Source: Deltaproteobacteria bacterium (GTDB lineage Bacteria; Desulfobacterota; Binatia; UBA9968). Taken from it: a DNA stretch of 64,000 bases. Positions 1 to 9,407 of this stretch are shown here, in pieces; the first letter of the stretch is position 1; each line of letters starts with the position of its first letter. The position numbers and the translations under genes are program-made. The DNA lies in contig JAHFAO010000002.1 of the NCBI GenBank assembly GCA_023250515.1, forward strand, positions 2,361 through 66,360, written 5' to 3'. Under the pieces are notes generated by a model. That model was not told where the DNA came from. It did no database searches and was given only the letters and a program-made list of their open reading frames with translations.

Positions 1-77
1 AAACGAGATAGTAGGCTACGACGCAGAGAACCAGAAGATTGAGATAGCTTCGGAGGCCAAGCTGTACAACCCATTGC

Positions 78-896
78 TTAATTCCTCTCTCCAATGGGCT
101 CTCCTTTCGGCTTCCTTTTGGTCAGAATCCACACATAGGTAGGGATGAAAAAATAGAGGTGACGCAGGAGAGTGAGAGGAAGGCGAGTCAATAGGCTCTT
201 TTCAGGAATAACATCCTCCGCATGGAACCTTTTCGGCTGGGTAATGATTTTAAGCGTGTAGTCCTCTACTGAAAAACGAGACACGAGCCGTTTGAGCTGC
301 CTCAGATTTAACAATTCCTCATAGTAGACTTCAGCTTTACCTGTAACTCTTACATAGAGGTTGGAAAGGAATCTTGGCAGCCAGGAAAGAAAATAGAGAT
401 TGTAGTGCGGCTCCCGGATGATGAACCAGGTCGCCGCAGTAAAATAGCAAAAGCCGTCCTCTTTCAACACCCTATGGATCTCATCGAGAAGGCGCTGGGC
501 ACTGGGGACATGCTCATAGACATGGTTGCAGATCACTACATCAATGCTGCCGTCTTGCAAAGGAATCCTCATACTGTCGGCTAGCAGGTAAAGGATATTA
601 TATCCGGCATGCTGTTTTTGGGCTTGTGAGATCGCCTCACGATCAATGTCAAAGGCAATGACCCGCCTAAATAGAGGGGAAAGAAACTGCGAGAAACTGC
701 CCGCAGCACAACCAATATCTAGACAGGTATACTGTGCTGGATCGTTTCCTGCATAGTCGAGAATAACGGCGGCGACTTTATCGGCCTTTAGCTTTCTCCC
801 TGCAGGATCCAGGATAACAGGGGCCTGCTTTGAAAAACTATATTGGTATCCTTTGCCTGCCACAAGGTTTGTTAAGAAAGCTTCTGAGGCCGACAA
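78..896 (-). CDS. Class I SAM-dependent methyltransferase
   Basis: 272-aa ORF. SAM motif I 'CLDIGCAAGSF' and post-II 'VVICNHVYEHV' (Methyltransf_11-like). TTG start overlaps the end of the upstream ORF by 25 nt. Confidence 0.75.
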   Translation of the reverse strand: MSASEAFLTNLVAGKGYQYSFSKQAPVILDPAGRKLKADKVAAVILDYAGNDPAQYTCLDIGCAAGSFSQFLSPLFRRVIAFDIDREAISQAQKQHAGYNILYLLADSMRIPLQDGSIDVVICNHVYEHVPSAQRLLDEIHRVLKEDGFCYFTAATWFIIREPHYNLYFLSWLPRFLSNLYVRVTGKAEVYYEELLNLRQLKRLVSRFSVEDYTLKIITQPKRFHAEDVIPEKSLLTRLPLTLLRHLYFFIPTYVWILTKRKPKGEPIGERN

Positions 897-1687
897 AGCG
901 TGATAAAACCAATTCCTTTAGGATGGTAAAGTAAATGACGGTCGGTCAGATAAGCAGCGCCTCTCACGAGTCGATTAAGCCAACGAATTATCCATTGACT
1001 CGGACTCTTCTCACCCATTACCTGGATCTGTGTAATCCCTCGCTTACCCAAAAATCGCTTTTTCATGCGAAGTAGGAGTCTTAAAGAGGGGTAGCCATAA
1101 CACCAAAAGAGCTCGGGACGAAGACTGGCATCGGCCAACAAGACCTTCAGTTGGGCCTCAGTGTATCGGCGGATGTGATGAGCGATGACGTCCTCCTCAG
1201 ACCAGAGGGAAGGATCTGCAGGAACCGTAATAAGGAAACCCCCCCCTTCCTTGATCCACCGCATCATTCTCTGTAGAAGGGCTAGGGGTTCCTCCAGATG
1301 TTCAAGCACCTCAGAACATAGGATCAAATCGAATTTTTGATCTGGGGTGAACGTCTCAAGCGAAGCCACAATACCTCTAAAGAATGGGCGTTTTTCTGCT
1401 GTCAGATCCTTTTCAGCTTGAGCAATAGCGTAAGGGGAGATGTCAACTCCGTCAACCCGGTAGCCCATGTCGATCAGTGGTCCGATGTATTCTCCCGTGC
1501 CGCATCCGATATCAAGGCACCGATAACCTTCTCTTCCTGGAGGCACAAGCCGAAGGAGGAGAGATTTTCTCAAAGCATGTATAGGAGAGCCGAGATCATG
1601 GGATATCTTCCAGCCTCTATGAAGCCCTTGATATTTGTCATCTGTAGGGGTTGACAAGTGACTCACCTGCTTTTCCATCATCCCCAA
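872..1687 (-). CDS. Class I SAM-dependent methyltransferase
   Basis: 271-aa ORF with 'CLDIGCGTGEY' and 'ILCSEVLEHLEEP' motifs. Sits 5 nt downstream of the GT4 gene. Confidence 0.8.
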   Translation of the reverse strand: MGMMEKQVSHLSTPTDDKYQGLHRGWKISHDLGSPIHALRKSLLLRLVPPGREGYRCLDIGCGTGEYIGPLIDMGYRVDGVDISPYAIAQAEKDLTAEKRPFFRGIVASLETFTPDQKFDLILCSEVLEHLEEPLALLQRMMRWIKEGGGFLITVPADPSLWSEEDVIAHHIRRYTEAQLKVLLADASLRPELFWCYGYPSLRLLLRMKKRFLGKRGITQIQVMGEKSPSQWIIRWLNRLVRGAAYLTDRHLLYHPKGIGFITLCRPQKLS

Positions 1688-1692
1688 TTTCT

Positions 1693-2892
1693 CTAAGATG
1701 CTTTTTCTAACTCCTGATAAAGAGAAATATATCTTCGAGCAACATCATCCCATGTAAGGCCTAATCGTAAAATCATCTCTCGTCCTGCTCTGCCCATTTT
1801 TTCTCGTCTGAGTGGGTCGTTGAGGAGCTCACTGATCGCCTTTGCTAGCGCACGCGAATCCCGTGGCGGGACAAGGAGACCGTTTTCTCCATGAGCCACA
1901 ATCTCGCTAGTGCCCGGGATGTCAGTGGCCACCACCGGAAGCCCGGCAGCTAATGCCTCCAGAACGACATTTGGCCTCCCTTCATAAAGACTAGGCAACA
2001 CGAGAAGATCGGCACACCGAAGCCATTCCGGGATATCCCTAGGCGGGACTGAGCCAACAAAGACTCCTGAGCTGCCTAACCCTTGCTGGCAAGCTATTTT
2101 CTCCAACATCGCCCTTTCCTGCCCATCTCCAATAATAGCCAGCACTGGATTGCTATTTTGTTGGAGCACCTCACCCATGGCTTCAATGAGATATTTCACT
2201 CCCTTCCGCTCAATGAGACTGCCTACGTATAGAATCAGTTTTGCCTTCTCTGGCAACCCATTCTTTGCGCGCAATAAGAGACGATCGTGAGAAACGAAAC
2301 GGTTCAGGTCTACCCCATTAGGAATGACCCGAATATTGTCCACAGAGAATCCGTAGGATCGAAGCTTTGCCTTAAAGTAGTCATTGACCGATACAACGGC
2401 ATCAGCGTGGCTGACGGTTCTCTTTGCCAGAGTACGCATAAAACTGCTGCGCTCCACCCATTGCACATCCGTTCCCCAGAGAGTCACAACTGTAGGCCGT
2501 GGGGAAAAAAACTTGAGGGGCAACGTCAAGACGGCGTTTTGCAGCCAATGAAAGTGAAGGACATCAACATGACGAGAACGATAGAGGGCATGGGCAAAAA
2601 AAGAGAGCAAAAAAAAGGGCAGCATCATGGTGAGCCATGGATGGCTTTTGATGGCCGCTGGAATTCCGCCTGGGGCATAAGCAATTTTTTCATAACGACT
2701 AAAAAAGTAAGGAAAGCGATAGATATTTACTCCATCTCTCGTCACGAAAGCAGCGTCGGTGCCTCCACGAGGGGCAATAACCTCCACATGACATCCCTGA
2801 CGCACCAGAGAGCAGGCCAAACTGTGGATAAAAACTCCTGCTGAGTCCTCAGGGAAGCGGGGATAAGAAGACGTAAGAAAACAGACCCTCAT
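1693..2892 (-). CDS. Glycosyltransferase family 4 (GT-B, retaining)
   Basis: 399-aa ORF. C-terminal EX7E region 'YEGRPNVVLEALAAGLPVVATD' and N-terminal 'MRVCFLTSSYP' are typical of GT4/RfaB-like enzymes. Confidence 0.85.
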   Translation of the reverse strand: MRVCFLTSSYPRFPEDSAGVFIHSLACSLVRQGCHVEVIAPRGGTDAAFVTRDGVNIYRFPYFFSRYEKIAYAPGGIPAAIKSHPWLTMMLPFFLLSFFAHALYRSRHVDVLHFHWLQNAVLTLPLKFFSPRPTVVTLWGTDVQWVERSSFMRTLAKRTVSHADAVVSVNDYFKAKLRSYGFSVDNIRVIPNGVDLNRFVSHDRLLLRAKNGLPEKAKLILYVGSLIERKGVKYLIEAMGEVLQQNSNPVLAIIGDGQERAMLEKIACQQGLGSSGVFVGSVPPRDIPEWLRCADLLVLPSLYEGRPNVVLEALAAGLPVVATDIPGTSEIVAHGENGLLVPPRDSRALAKAISELLNDPLRREKMGRAGREMILRLGLTWDDVARRYISLYQELEKAS

Positions 2893-2894
2893 AT

Positions 2895-3608
2895 CTATCC
2901 CTTCGGCTTCTCTGCGACTAGTTGGTAATTCAGAGCAAAAATTCCGCCCTTGTCTATCCTGCGATCGAGAATGACAATACCGCGTGACATTACTAGGTTA
3001 AGAAAATGGACCATTCTCCGTATGCCAGGGATCATTCCAAAAAGACTCAGAAAGACCGTAGAAAACGTATGGCCAAGAAAGGAGAGGAGGCTCCCAACGG
3101 GGTTTAGCGACAAAATCCTAAAGCCGCTCTCCTCGCAAAGAAGCCGAAGTCCGTACTCTGTGAATCTAAAGTAGTCATGAGGCGCTTCATGGATGCGGCT
3201 AAGGTGGGGAGTGGTTAAGATGAGCCGGCCCCCTTTTTTCATGACGCGCCACAACTCCTTTAAAGCGAGCTGGGGATGGGGAACATGTTCCAGTACTTGT
3301 GTGCAGAGAACAGTATCGGCAATCTCATCTTTAAAGGGAAGGCGTTCAATGTGGCCAAGACAATCTAGATGCGCTGAGCGGACAGAAATATCTAAGGAAA
3401 AATAGTGATCGACAAGTGAACTGAGACTCTCTTGATAGGGTGAAACGCCTGCCCCTATATCCAAAAGCAGACCAGAGGCGTAACGAAGAAGCAGCCCACT
3501 GAGGTTATCCCGCTCTAACAGTAGGGCGGCTGATAAAAAGGGATATTGGCCATCCGGTGAAGCTAAGCGAAGCCTATTTTTTCTGATTATTTCTACGAAG
3601 CCCATCAC
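2895..3608 (-). CDS. SAM-dependent methyltransferase
   Basis: 237-aa ORF with 'LLLDIGAGVSPY' and 'VLCTQVLEHVPHP' (Methyltransf_11-like). Abuts the GT2 stop (3608/3609). Confidence 0.75.
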   Translation of the reverse strand: MMGFVEIIRKNRLRLASPDGQYPFLSAALLLERDNLSGLLLRYASGLLLDIGAGVSPYQESLSSLVDHYFSLDISVRSAHLDCLGHIERLPFKDEIADTVLCTQVLEHVPHPQLALKELWRVMKKGGRLILTTPHLSRIHEAPHDYFRFTEYGLRLLCEESGFRILSLNPVGSLLSFLGHTFSTVFLSLFGMIPGIRRMVHFLNLVMSRGIVILDRRIDKGGIFALNYQLVAEKPKG

Positions 3609-4517
3609 TCAGCGTGCCTCGTCTCCGCCGGGCGCGACAGGATGAGTATCAGAAGAAGTGAGCCGTTCCATCCTCAAGAGGGCAATCTGCTCGGAAACCA
3701 AGCCCATCATAAAGATAATTACCGACGTGGTCAAAAGGAAAACAGCCATGTTGGTAAAACGATTCTGGGTGATATAGGTATAAAAATAATAGCCGATTCC
3801 TGTGAGGAAGAAAAAAGCACTAACGGGTAAAAACACGCGGAAGGGAGAGAAGAGCGTAGCAATCTTGGTGATGATCAGCAAAAAACGAATGCCATCCGCA
3901 AGCAAACTGATCTTGCTTTGGCCGCTTCGGTAGAGGGTTTGAATCGGGACGTATTTGACGGTTAGACCGGAGCGGAGAAAGGCTAAAGTCAGGGTTGATG
4001 GATAGGAGAAGGTATTGGGAAGAAGATCAATAAATCTCAGGGCATCCTTGCGTGAGAGAACCCGAAAACCAGAGGTCAGATCTTCCACTTTAAACTTTGT
4101 AATGTAGGAGGCGAAGGCATTATAGATCTGGTTGGCCAAGAAACGATGAACCCGCAGCTTCGATCCTTTGACCCGTGCCCCAACAACCATATGGTAGCAG
4201 TTGGCTTCGGCCAAAAGGAGAGGGATATCCTCGGGCTGATGCTGCCCATCGCCATCCATGAAAACCAACAACTTCCCCCGCGCGACCCTGATCCCGCTTC
4301 TGATGGCAGCCCCGTTCCCAATATTGTAAGGATGGCGGATGAGCTTAACGTTTCTCTTCTCAGCAATATCGCCACAGCCGTCTGTGGAGCCGTCGTCCAC
4401 TACAATTACCTCTGCCCTCGGAAGACCCAAGGACAGAAGCCGATCCAAGAGCGCCGCCAAGTTTTTGGCCTCATTGAAAACCGGAAGGATGATGGAAATG
4501 TCACAGCGGTCAGCCAT
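3609..4517 (-). CDS. GT2 polyprenyl-phosphate glycosyltransferase (GtrB/ArnC/DPM1-like)
   Basis: 302-aa ORF with 'ISIILPVFNE', 'VVDDGSTDG' and 'MDGDGQH' plus two C-terminal hydrophobic helices. Start overlaps the GT-C stop by 8 nt. Confidence 0.85.
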   Translation of the reverse strand: MADRCDISIILPVFNEAKNLAALLDRLLSLGLPRAEVIVVDDGSTDGCGDIAEKRNVKLIRHPYNIGNGAAIRSGIRVARGKLLVFMDGDGQHQPEDIPLLLAEANCYHMVVGARVKGSKLRVHRFLANQIYNAFASYITKFKVEDLTSGFRVLSRKDALRFIDLLPNTFSYPSTLTLAFLRSGLTVKYVPIQTLYRSGQSKISLLADGIRFLLIITKIATLFSPFRVFLPVSAFFFLTGIGYYFYTYITQNRFTNMAVFLLTTSVIIFMMGLVSEQIALLRMERLTSSDTHPVAPGGDEAR

Positions 4518-6285
4518 GGATTTGAAAAAGAGAATAACCTCTAGCTCGGTAAAGCCCTCTCAAATGAATCTTGGCGAAAGAACCCCAGATTTCCCACTGG
4601 TCGGCGGTTAGATTGTTGGCCAAAAATCTTTTAAATAGATCTTCCCGAATCAAGAGGTGAGTGAGACCTTTCTCTTGGAGCCTTATCTTTATCTCGTCTT
4701 GATTTTGGGCTTTCTGGATCATATCCAAAAGAAAGGAGGCATTATCTCCGGCATCATAGAAATAGTCCCGCTCGCAATAATACACCCTTCTGCCCATGAA
4801 AATAAAGTAGACCCTCGCCGTATCAGGGAGATTTTGGTTGATGTATTGCAGGGCAGGATAGTCAGGCAACATCCGGGTCAGATAGGCCTCCCGACTCTCT
4901 CTCCCTTTGAGGTAATCCATCGGTGAGACTGCATGAAAGTAGTTCCAGAGATAGACTCCGTTCAGTGCCAAGAGGAAAATTACCACAGTGAAAAGGAAGG
5001 ATGGGTGGACTACTCTCAAATAGACGTTATGGATTCCGTAGACAAGCAGGACTACCAGCGGAGGCACGATGGGCAGGATGTAGCGGATACGGAGTTCTGT
5101 GAGAAAGAAGGCGTAAAGAAAATAGAAAAGGGCAAAACCAAAGAGAATCCTTTTTTCCTCCACCCACTTTCCCTTAAAGGACCAGGGGAGAAATAGGATG
5201 AGGATCGGGTTCAGCACCCCATCAAAAAATTGTGGTTGGTCATCCTGGCCAGAAAAAAAAACCCGTAGCGGTAAGGCGATTATCTGCCACAGGGTTTCCC
5301 CGTAGAGCAGCTCGCGCCTGGCAAAGATCCCTAGCCCCGCCTCCCCTCCAGCTTCGCCCCCACCACCAAAGAGATTGAGGAAAAAAGGAAATAGCGGATT
5401 CCCAGTCCAGATCAGATTTTTTAAAAACCACGGGCTAACTGGGATGAAAACCATAATGAGAAAAAGAGTGATCGCGCCGGCCGTCTCCATCCTATTCCTC
5501 CGCTCTCCCCTTTCCATGATGATGACCAAAAGAAAAAAGAGCAGCAAAAAGACCAGGAGACCATTAGGTTTAGTGGCGATTGCAAACCCTGCTGACAGGC
5601 CCGCAAGGATCAGCCACCGTTTATCCTCAGTTGCCTCCATCCAGCGCAGGAGACAAAGCAAAGAGGCCGTGGAATAAAATGTGACTCCTAGATCCACATA
5701 GGCCCAATGGCTCAGGCGGAGGATTGCCGGCGTAAAGATGAAGAAGAAAACACCCAGGAGACCGTAGATCGAGCTCAGCCGCCGAGCAAGGTAAGCATAA
5801 AGCAGGAGGGCTGTCAGAAAACCGTAAAGGCCGTGGATGAGCTTCGGCGCGGAATCCCATCCCCATTTGACAAACGGCGCGTAAAGCATATCGAGGAGCA
5901 TGGGATAATAAGAGTGGAGGGCAAAGGGGATCTCTATTATCCTGCCCGCTTGGAGATAGAGCTTGGGAATGGCAAGATGATGGATCAGCTCATCGCGCGC
6001 TACGGGAGGAACAAAAGCGAGGGCAAACTCGGCAAGCAAGACCAGCAAGATCAAGAACCAGATAAGAATCCCTAGCCGACTCTTATCCAGCATGAAGAGG
6101 AAAAAAATATAAAGAAAAAAAAGTGCCGCTAAAAACACGAAAGAAGCGACGATTGTATTCAGAAGGGAATTGTCTATATGGCCGCTCACTCCGGCAATAA
6201 AATAGAGGGTAGAGGTCAATCCCAGAAAGCAGCCAAGGAAGCAGGTGCGGTAGAGCAGAAGAGAGAAACGATCCTGCGGCATCAC
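4510..6285 (-). CDS. Polytopic membrane glycosyltransferase, GT-C fold (ArnT/PMT, GT39/GT83-like)
   Basis: 591-aa ORF with many hydrophobic helices over about 450 aa, an acidic first-loop motif 'ARDELIHH' and a soluble C-terminal domain. ATGA start/stop overlap with the upstream hydrolase. Lies immediately before the polyprenyl-P GT2. Confidence 0.7.
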   Translation of the reverse strand: MMPQDRFSLLLYRTCFLGCFLGLTSTLYFIAGVSGHIDNSLLNTIVASFVFLAALFFLYIFFLFMLDKSRLGILIWFLILLVLLAEFALAFVPPVARDELIHHLAIPKLYLQAGRIIEIPFALHSYYPMLLDMLYAPFVKWGWDSAPKLIHGLYGFLTALLLYAYLARRLSSIYGLLGVFFFIFTPAILRLSHWAYVDLGVTFYSTASLLCLLRWMEATEDKRWLILAGLSAGFAIATKPNGLLVFLLLFFLLVIIMERGERRNRMETAGAITLFLIMVFIPVSPWFLKNLIWTGNPLFPFFLNLFGGGGEAGGEAGLGIFARRELLYGETLWQIIALPLRVFFSGQDDQPQFFDGVLNPILILFLPWSFKGKWVEEKRILFGFALFYFLYAFFLTELRIRYILPIVPPLVVLLVYGIHNVYLRVVHPSFLFTVVIFLLALNGVYLWNYFHAVSPMDYLKGRESREAYLTRMLPDYPALQYINQNLPDTARVYFIFMGRRVYYCERDYFYDAGDNASFLLDMIQKAQNQDEIKIRLQEKGLTHLLIREDLFKRFLANNLTADQWEIWGSFAKIHLRGLYRARGYSLFQIHG

Positions 6286-7289
6286 TCGCGCCCGTCTCTC
6301 TGTTTAAGCCATCGTCCGATAACGGGAAAAATCTCCTGCTTGGACTTCCTGCCCAAGATTAAATCGATGTGCCCATAGGCCGCTGAATCCTTGGAGCCAG
6401 GCCCAAAAATCCTGAGCGTGCGATCCGCCGATCCCACTGAACGATGCACGGCCCGTATTGCCTCCGGTGGTGCCAGCGTATCTTTTTCTCCTCCAATCAG
6501 CAGAAGAGGTAATTGGACCTTATCAAGGTTTTTCCAATAGCTGAAATCTCCTTTGGCAGAAACAAACTCCCCCCGTCTGATCATCAGCAGCAGGTGATCT
6601 AAAACCCCAGGGTTGATCTCTGTAAGGGTATCTTCCAACAACTTCTCTTTGACCTCGTCTTCGATATTTTCCGGATTATAAAAAAGCCGCTCAATCTTAG
6701 GCACGAGCGGGATAAGCAGCCTCCCGAGAAAAGGGCCGTTTAAGGAAAGGAATATCTTCTTCAGGGTCGGACTTTCCTCCAGCTTAAGCAGCCTCTTCAA
6801 CGGCTCCTGGTGAGGATGGGTAAAGGTAGCCGGCGATCCGATGGTCACCAAAGCGTTGAGCCCTGAGCCTCCCTTCTTCCCAAGGTAACCGTAGGCAAGA
6901 AGCCCCCCCATCTCATAGCCAACCCAATTGATTTTAGAGCTACGGCTCTCTTTTTGAATGTAGCGGATCACTGCAGAAAGATCCTTGTCAATCATGTCAT
7001 CCAGATTCCAGCTCTTCGGGGTGCCTTTAAGAGGATTGAGGCTCCGTCCGGCACCTCGAAAAGAGAGATTCCAAACATCAAACCCCTCTTTAGCGAGGTA
7101 CTGGCCTAGGCTGTGATCCTCATCGAGGTTTAAGAAGAGGCTGTTGACGAAGAACCCATGGCTGAGGACTACGGGCAAGCGGCGTTGTGCCTTCTTCCCT
7201 ATACGCAGCCTCTCCAAAGCAAGCTCAAACTTCCCGTCGGTCACGGCCCAGTGAAGCTCCCGTGAGATGAACGGAGCCTCTCCGGACAT
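6282..7289 (-). CDS. Alpha/beta-hydrolase fold protein (lipase-like N-terminus) with atypical nucleophile elbow
   Basis: 335-aa ORF. 'VVLSHGFFVNS...GFDVWNLSFRGAGRS' resembles the oxyanion region. The elbow reads 'WVGYEMGG' (Glu where Ser is expected). Candidate acid is 'GEKDTLAP' and candidate His is 'AYGHIDLI'. Confidence 0.75.
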   Translation of the reverse strand: MSGEAPFISRELHWAVTDGKFELALERLRIGKKAQRRLPVVLSHGFFVNSLFLNLDEDHSLGQYLAKEGFDVWNLSFRGAGRSLNPLKGTPKSWNLDDMIDKDLSAVIRYIQKESRSSKINWVGYEMGGLLAYGYLGKKGGSGLNALVTIGSPATFTHPHQEPLKRLLKLEESPTLKKIFLSLNGPFLGRLLIPLVPKIERLFYNPENIEDEVKEKLLEDTLTEINPGVLDHLLLMIRRGEFVSAKGDFSYWKNLDKVQLPLLLIGGEKDTLAPPEAIRAVHRSVGSADRTLRIFGPGSKDSAAYGHIDLILGRKSKQEIFPVIGRWLKQRDGRE

Positions 7290-7360
7290 GGCGTTGGGAA
7301 CGGAGAAGAAAAAAAGAGAAAAGAGGTAAAACAGAGAAAACTTAGGGCAAGACGTTTTTC

Positions 7361-7609
7361 CTAATCCTTTCTTTCAATAATGGCAACCACGGAGTTGAAG
7401 TGAACAATCTCCCCTTCTTTGGCCCAGACTTCGCTCAGTAGCCCAGCATCGGGGGCCTCAATCTCCACATTGACCTTGTCAGTCTCGACCTCGAGCAGCG
7501 GTTCTCCCTTCTGAACTGCCTCCCCTTTATGCTTAAACCACCGCGAGACCTTAACCTCGTCGCTCTCATCGCTTGACCCCAGACGGGGGATAACCACCTC
7601 CTTTTTCAT
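7361..7609 (-). CDS. Free-standing lipoyl (biotinyl/lipoyl attachment) domain protein
   Basis: 82-aa ORF. 'LLEVETDKVNVEIEAPDAGLL' matches the E2-type lipoyl-lysine motif (ETDK), not the biotin AMKM motif. SD GAGGTGA lies 5 nt upstream. Confidence 0.75.
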   Translation of the reverse strand: MKKEVVIPRLGSSDESDEVKVSRWFKHKGEAVQKGEPLLEVETDKVNVEIEAPDAGLLSEVWAKEGEIVHFNSVVAIIERKD

Positions 7610-7631
7610 CCGGCATCACCTCAAGATTTCC

Positions 7632-8219
7632 TCACGCCGCGAAATCATAGAGAGAGGCTAACTTTAGGGAGTTACGCATCAGCTCCATCCATGTGTGAAG
7701 ATTTTTGTAGCTGTCTGGGACTTCATACTTGATCACCGTGTAGAGATAGTGGAGCTGGGTAAAGATGGCGATATCAGCAACGGTCATCCGGTCGAAGATA
7801 AACCTCTTTCCAGTAAATAACTGATCCAAGCTCTGAAAATGCACTGCTAGCTCTTTCTCCGCCTCTTTGCGCGCCTCCGCGCTCTCTGCCCGACGCATCA
7901 AGTGCATTGCATGGATCAAAACCTCATCAGACCAGTCCTCCAATATGAGGCAGAGGCCTTTGTCTGAGACCCCGCTAGGGTAGATGGTGTTCTGGGGATA
8001 TTTTTTTTCCAAAAAAGCAGAGATATAGGTAGAATCAATAATGCATTGACCATGGTAGTCCATCACCGGGACTTTTCTTTGACCGGATAATTCGATCAGG
8101 GACTTGCGGTCGTCTTTCTTCACATCGACCACTTCATAGGGAACATCTTTTAACGCAAGAACGATCCTCACCTTCTCGCAAAACATGGAAGTCTGTGACT
8201 GATAAAGTTTTATCGCCAT
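7632..8219 (-). CDS. Glutathione S-transferase / glutaredoxin-2-like protein
   Basis: N-terminal thioredoxin-like 'KLYQSQTSMFCEKVRIVLALKDVPYEVVDV...RKVPVM' followed by a helical C-domain. I use the internal ATG at 8219 (GGAGGA SD 7 nt upstream) rather than the ORF-track start at 8300. Confidence 0.6.
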   Translation of the reverse strand: MAIKLYQSQTSMFCEKVRIVLALKDVPYEVVDVKKDDRKSLIELSGQRKVPVMDYHGQCIIDSTYISAFLEKKYPQNTIYPSGVSDKGLCLILEDWSDEVLIHAMHLMRRAESAEARKEAEKELAVHFQSLDQLFTGKRFIFDRMTVADIAIFTQLHYLYTVIKYEVPDSYKNLHTWMELMRNSLKLASLYDFAA

Positions 8220-8444
8220 AGTCGTGTCCTCCTTTACTTTAGAATAGGAAAAGAATATCAGTTTTTGAGTATAAAGCCATTCTTTTTTAAAAAACTCCAT
8301 GGGTAGGGACTAGAGAAGGATTCTAGAAGGGCTGTATGGTCCTTGCAAGGAAATTCCTACCTCGGTAGAGTTGACTTGTCTTTTTTATTGATTGTGGTAG
8401 TCGTAGAGCCGCCTGATAGGAGAAAAAAAGAAGGAGGGTTGGTC

Positions 8445-9407
8445 ATGAAGTCGTTAAAGCCGCTTGTCTTTGTATGGATGGTTTTAGGAGCTCCCCTGGC
8501 TGAGCCACCACAGTCCTACGCCTATCCAGAGCGCCCGCTAAAGTTAATCATCCCCTGGCCTGCGGGTGGTGACACCGACATTATCCTTAGAATCGTTGCC
8601 AACGGAGTGCAGAAGCACTTGGGCCAGCCAGTCGTTCCCACCAACATAGGGGGTGCTTCGGGCACGAAGGGGGCTGCGGAGGCAAGAAAGTCACCCCCTG
8701 ACGGCTACACCATCTACGCGGTACACGATTATATCCACACAACACATTATACTGGCGTATCTGACATTAATTACTGGGACTTTGAGCCCATCTGCCTAGC
8801 CACCTCTACCCAGTCAATCCTCACCGCCTCGCCCAAGACGCCGTGGAAGAATTTCAAAGAGATGGTGGAGGATGCCAAGAAGAGGCCTGAACAGATCGCT
8901 GTCGGCGTAACGCTGGGATCGCGGACCCATTTCTTCCCTGCTTGGATTGCGAATGAGGCCAAGATCAAATTCAAATACGTGAGCTATGAAGGAACGGCGC
9001 AGAGGACCACGGCGCTGCTCGGAGGCCACGTGGATATGGGGGAAAGCAACCTCACGCAGCACGACAAGGTTAAGGCCGGGCAGCTCAAATTTCTCGCCAT
9101 CTCGGCGGAGAAGCGCCACCCGGAGGTCCCCGATGTCCCGACCCTCAAGGAGGTGGGGGTCAACGTTGTCTATCCGACCAATCGCGGGCTCATGGCGCCG
9201 AAGGGGACGCCGGAAGCCGTTCTGGCAAAACTGGAAGATGCTTGTGCAAAGGCCACCAAAGACCCCGAATTCGCCGCCCAGATGCAGAAGCAGGCTACCG
9301 ATGTCTATTTTCTCGGGCGCAGAGAGTTTGCGCGGTTTCAAAAGGAGCTGGACGACAAAACCAAGAGCTTGGCAGTGGACCTGGGATTGCTTAAAACAAA
9401 GAAGTGA
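8445..9407 (+). CDS. tctC: Tripartite tricarboxylate transporter substrate-binding protein (TctC/Bug family)
   Basis: Signal peptide 'MKSLKPLVFVWMVLGAP', then 'YPERPLKLIIPWPAGGDTD...GASG' typical of the Bug/TctC family. ATG at 8445 has an AAGGAGG SD. Confidence 0.85.
   Translation: MKSLKPLVFVWMVLGAPLAEPPQSYAYPERPLKLIIPWPAGGDTDIILRIVANGVQKHLGQPVVPTNIGGASGTKGAAEARKSPPDGYTIYAVHDYIHTTHYTGVSDINYWDFEPICLATSTQSILTASPKTPWKNFKEMVEDAKKRPEQIAVGVTLGSRTHFFPAWIANEAKIKFKYVSYEGTAQRTTALLGGHVDMGESNLTQHDKVKAGQLKFLAISAEKRHPEVPDVPTLKEVGVNVVYPTNRGLMAPKGTPEAVLAKLEDACAKATKDPEFAAQMQKQATDVYFLGRREFARFQKELDDKTKSLAVDLGLLKTKK

Noticed and set aside
1337-6378. Numerous 60-185-aa plus-strand ORFs antisense to the glycosylation operon (for example 2287-2844 and 4146-4544).
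   Set aside because: All are embedded in well-supported minus-strand genes and lack motifs or ribosome-binding sites.
8341-8350. A 10-bp perfect palindrome, CCTTGCAAGG, in the divergent GST/tctC intergenic region. I considered it as an operator.
   Set aside because: It is short enough to occur by chance, and I saw no second copy or flanking half-sites.
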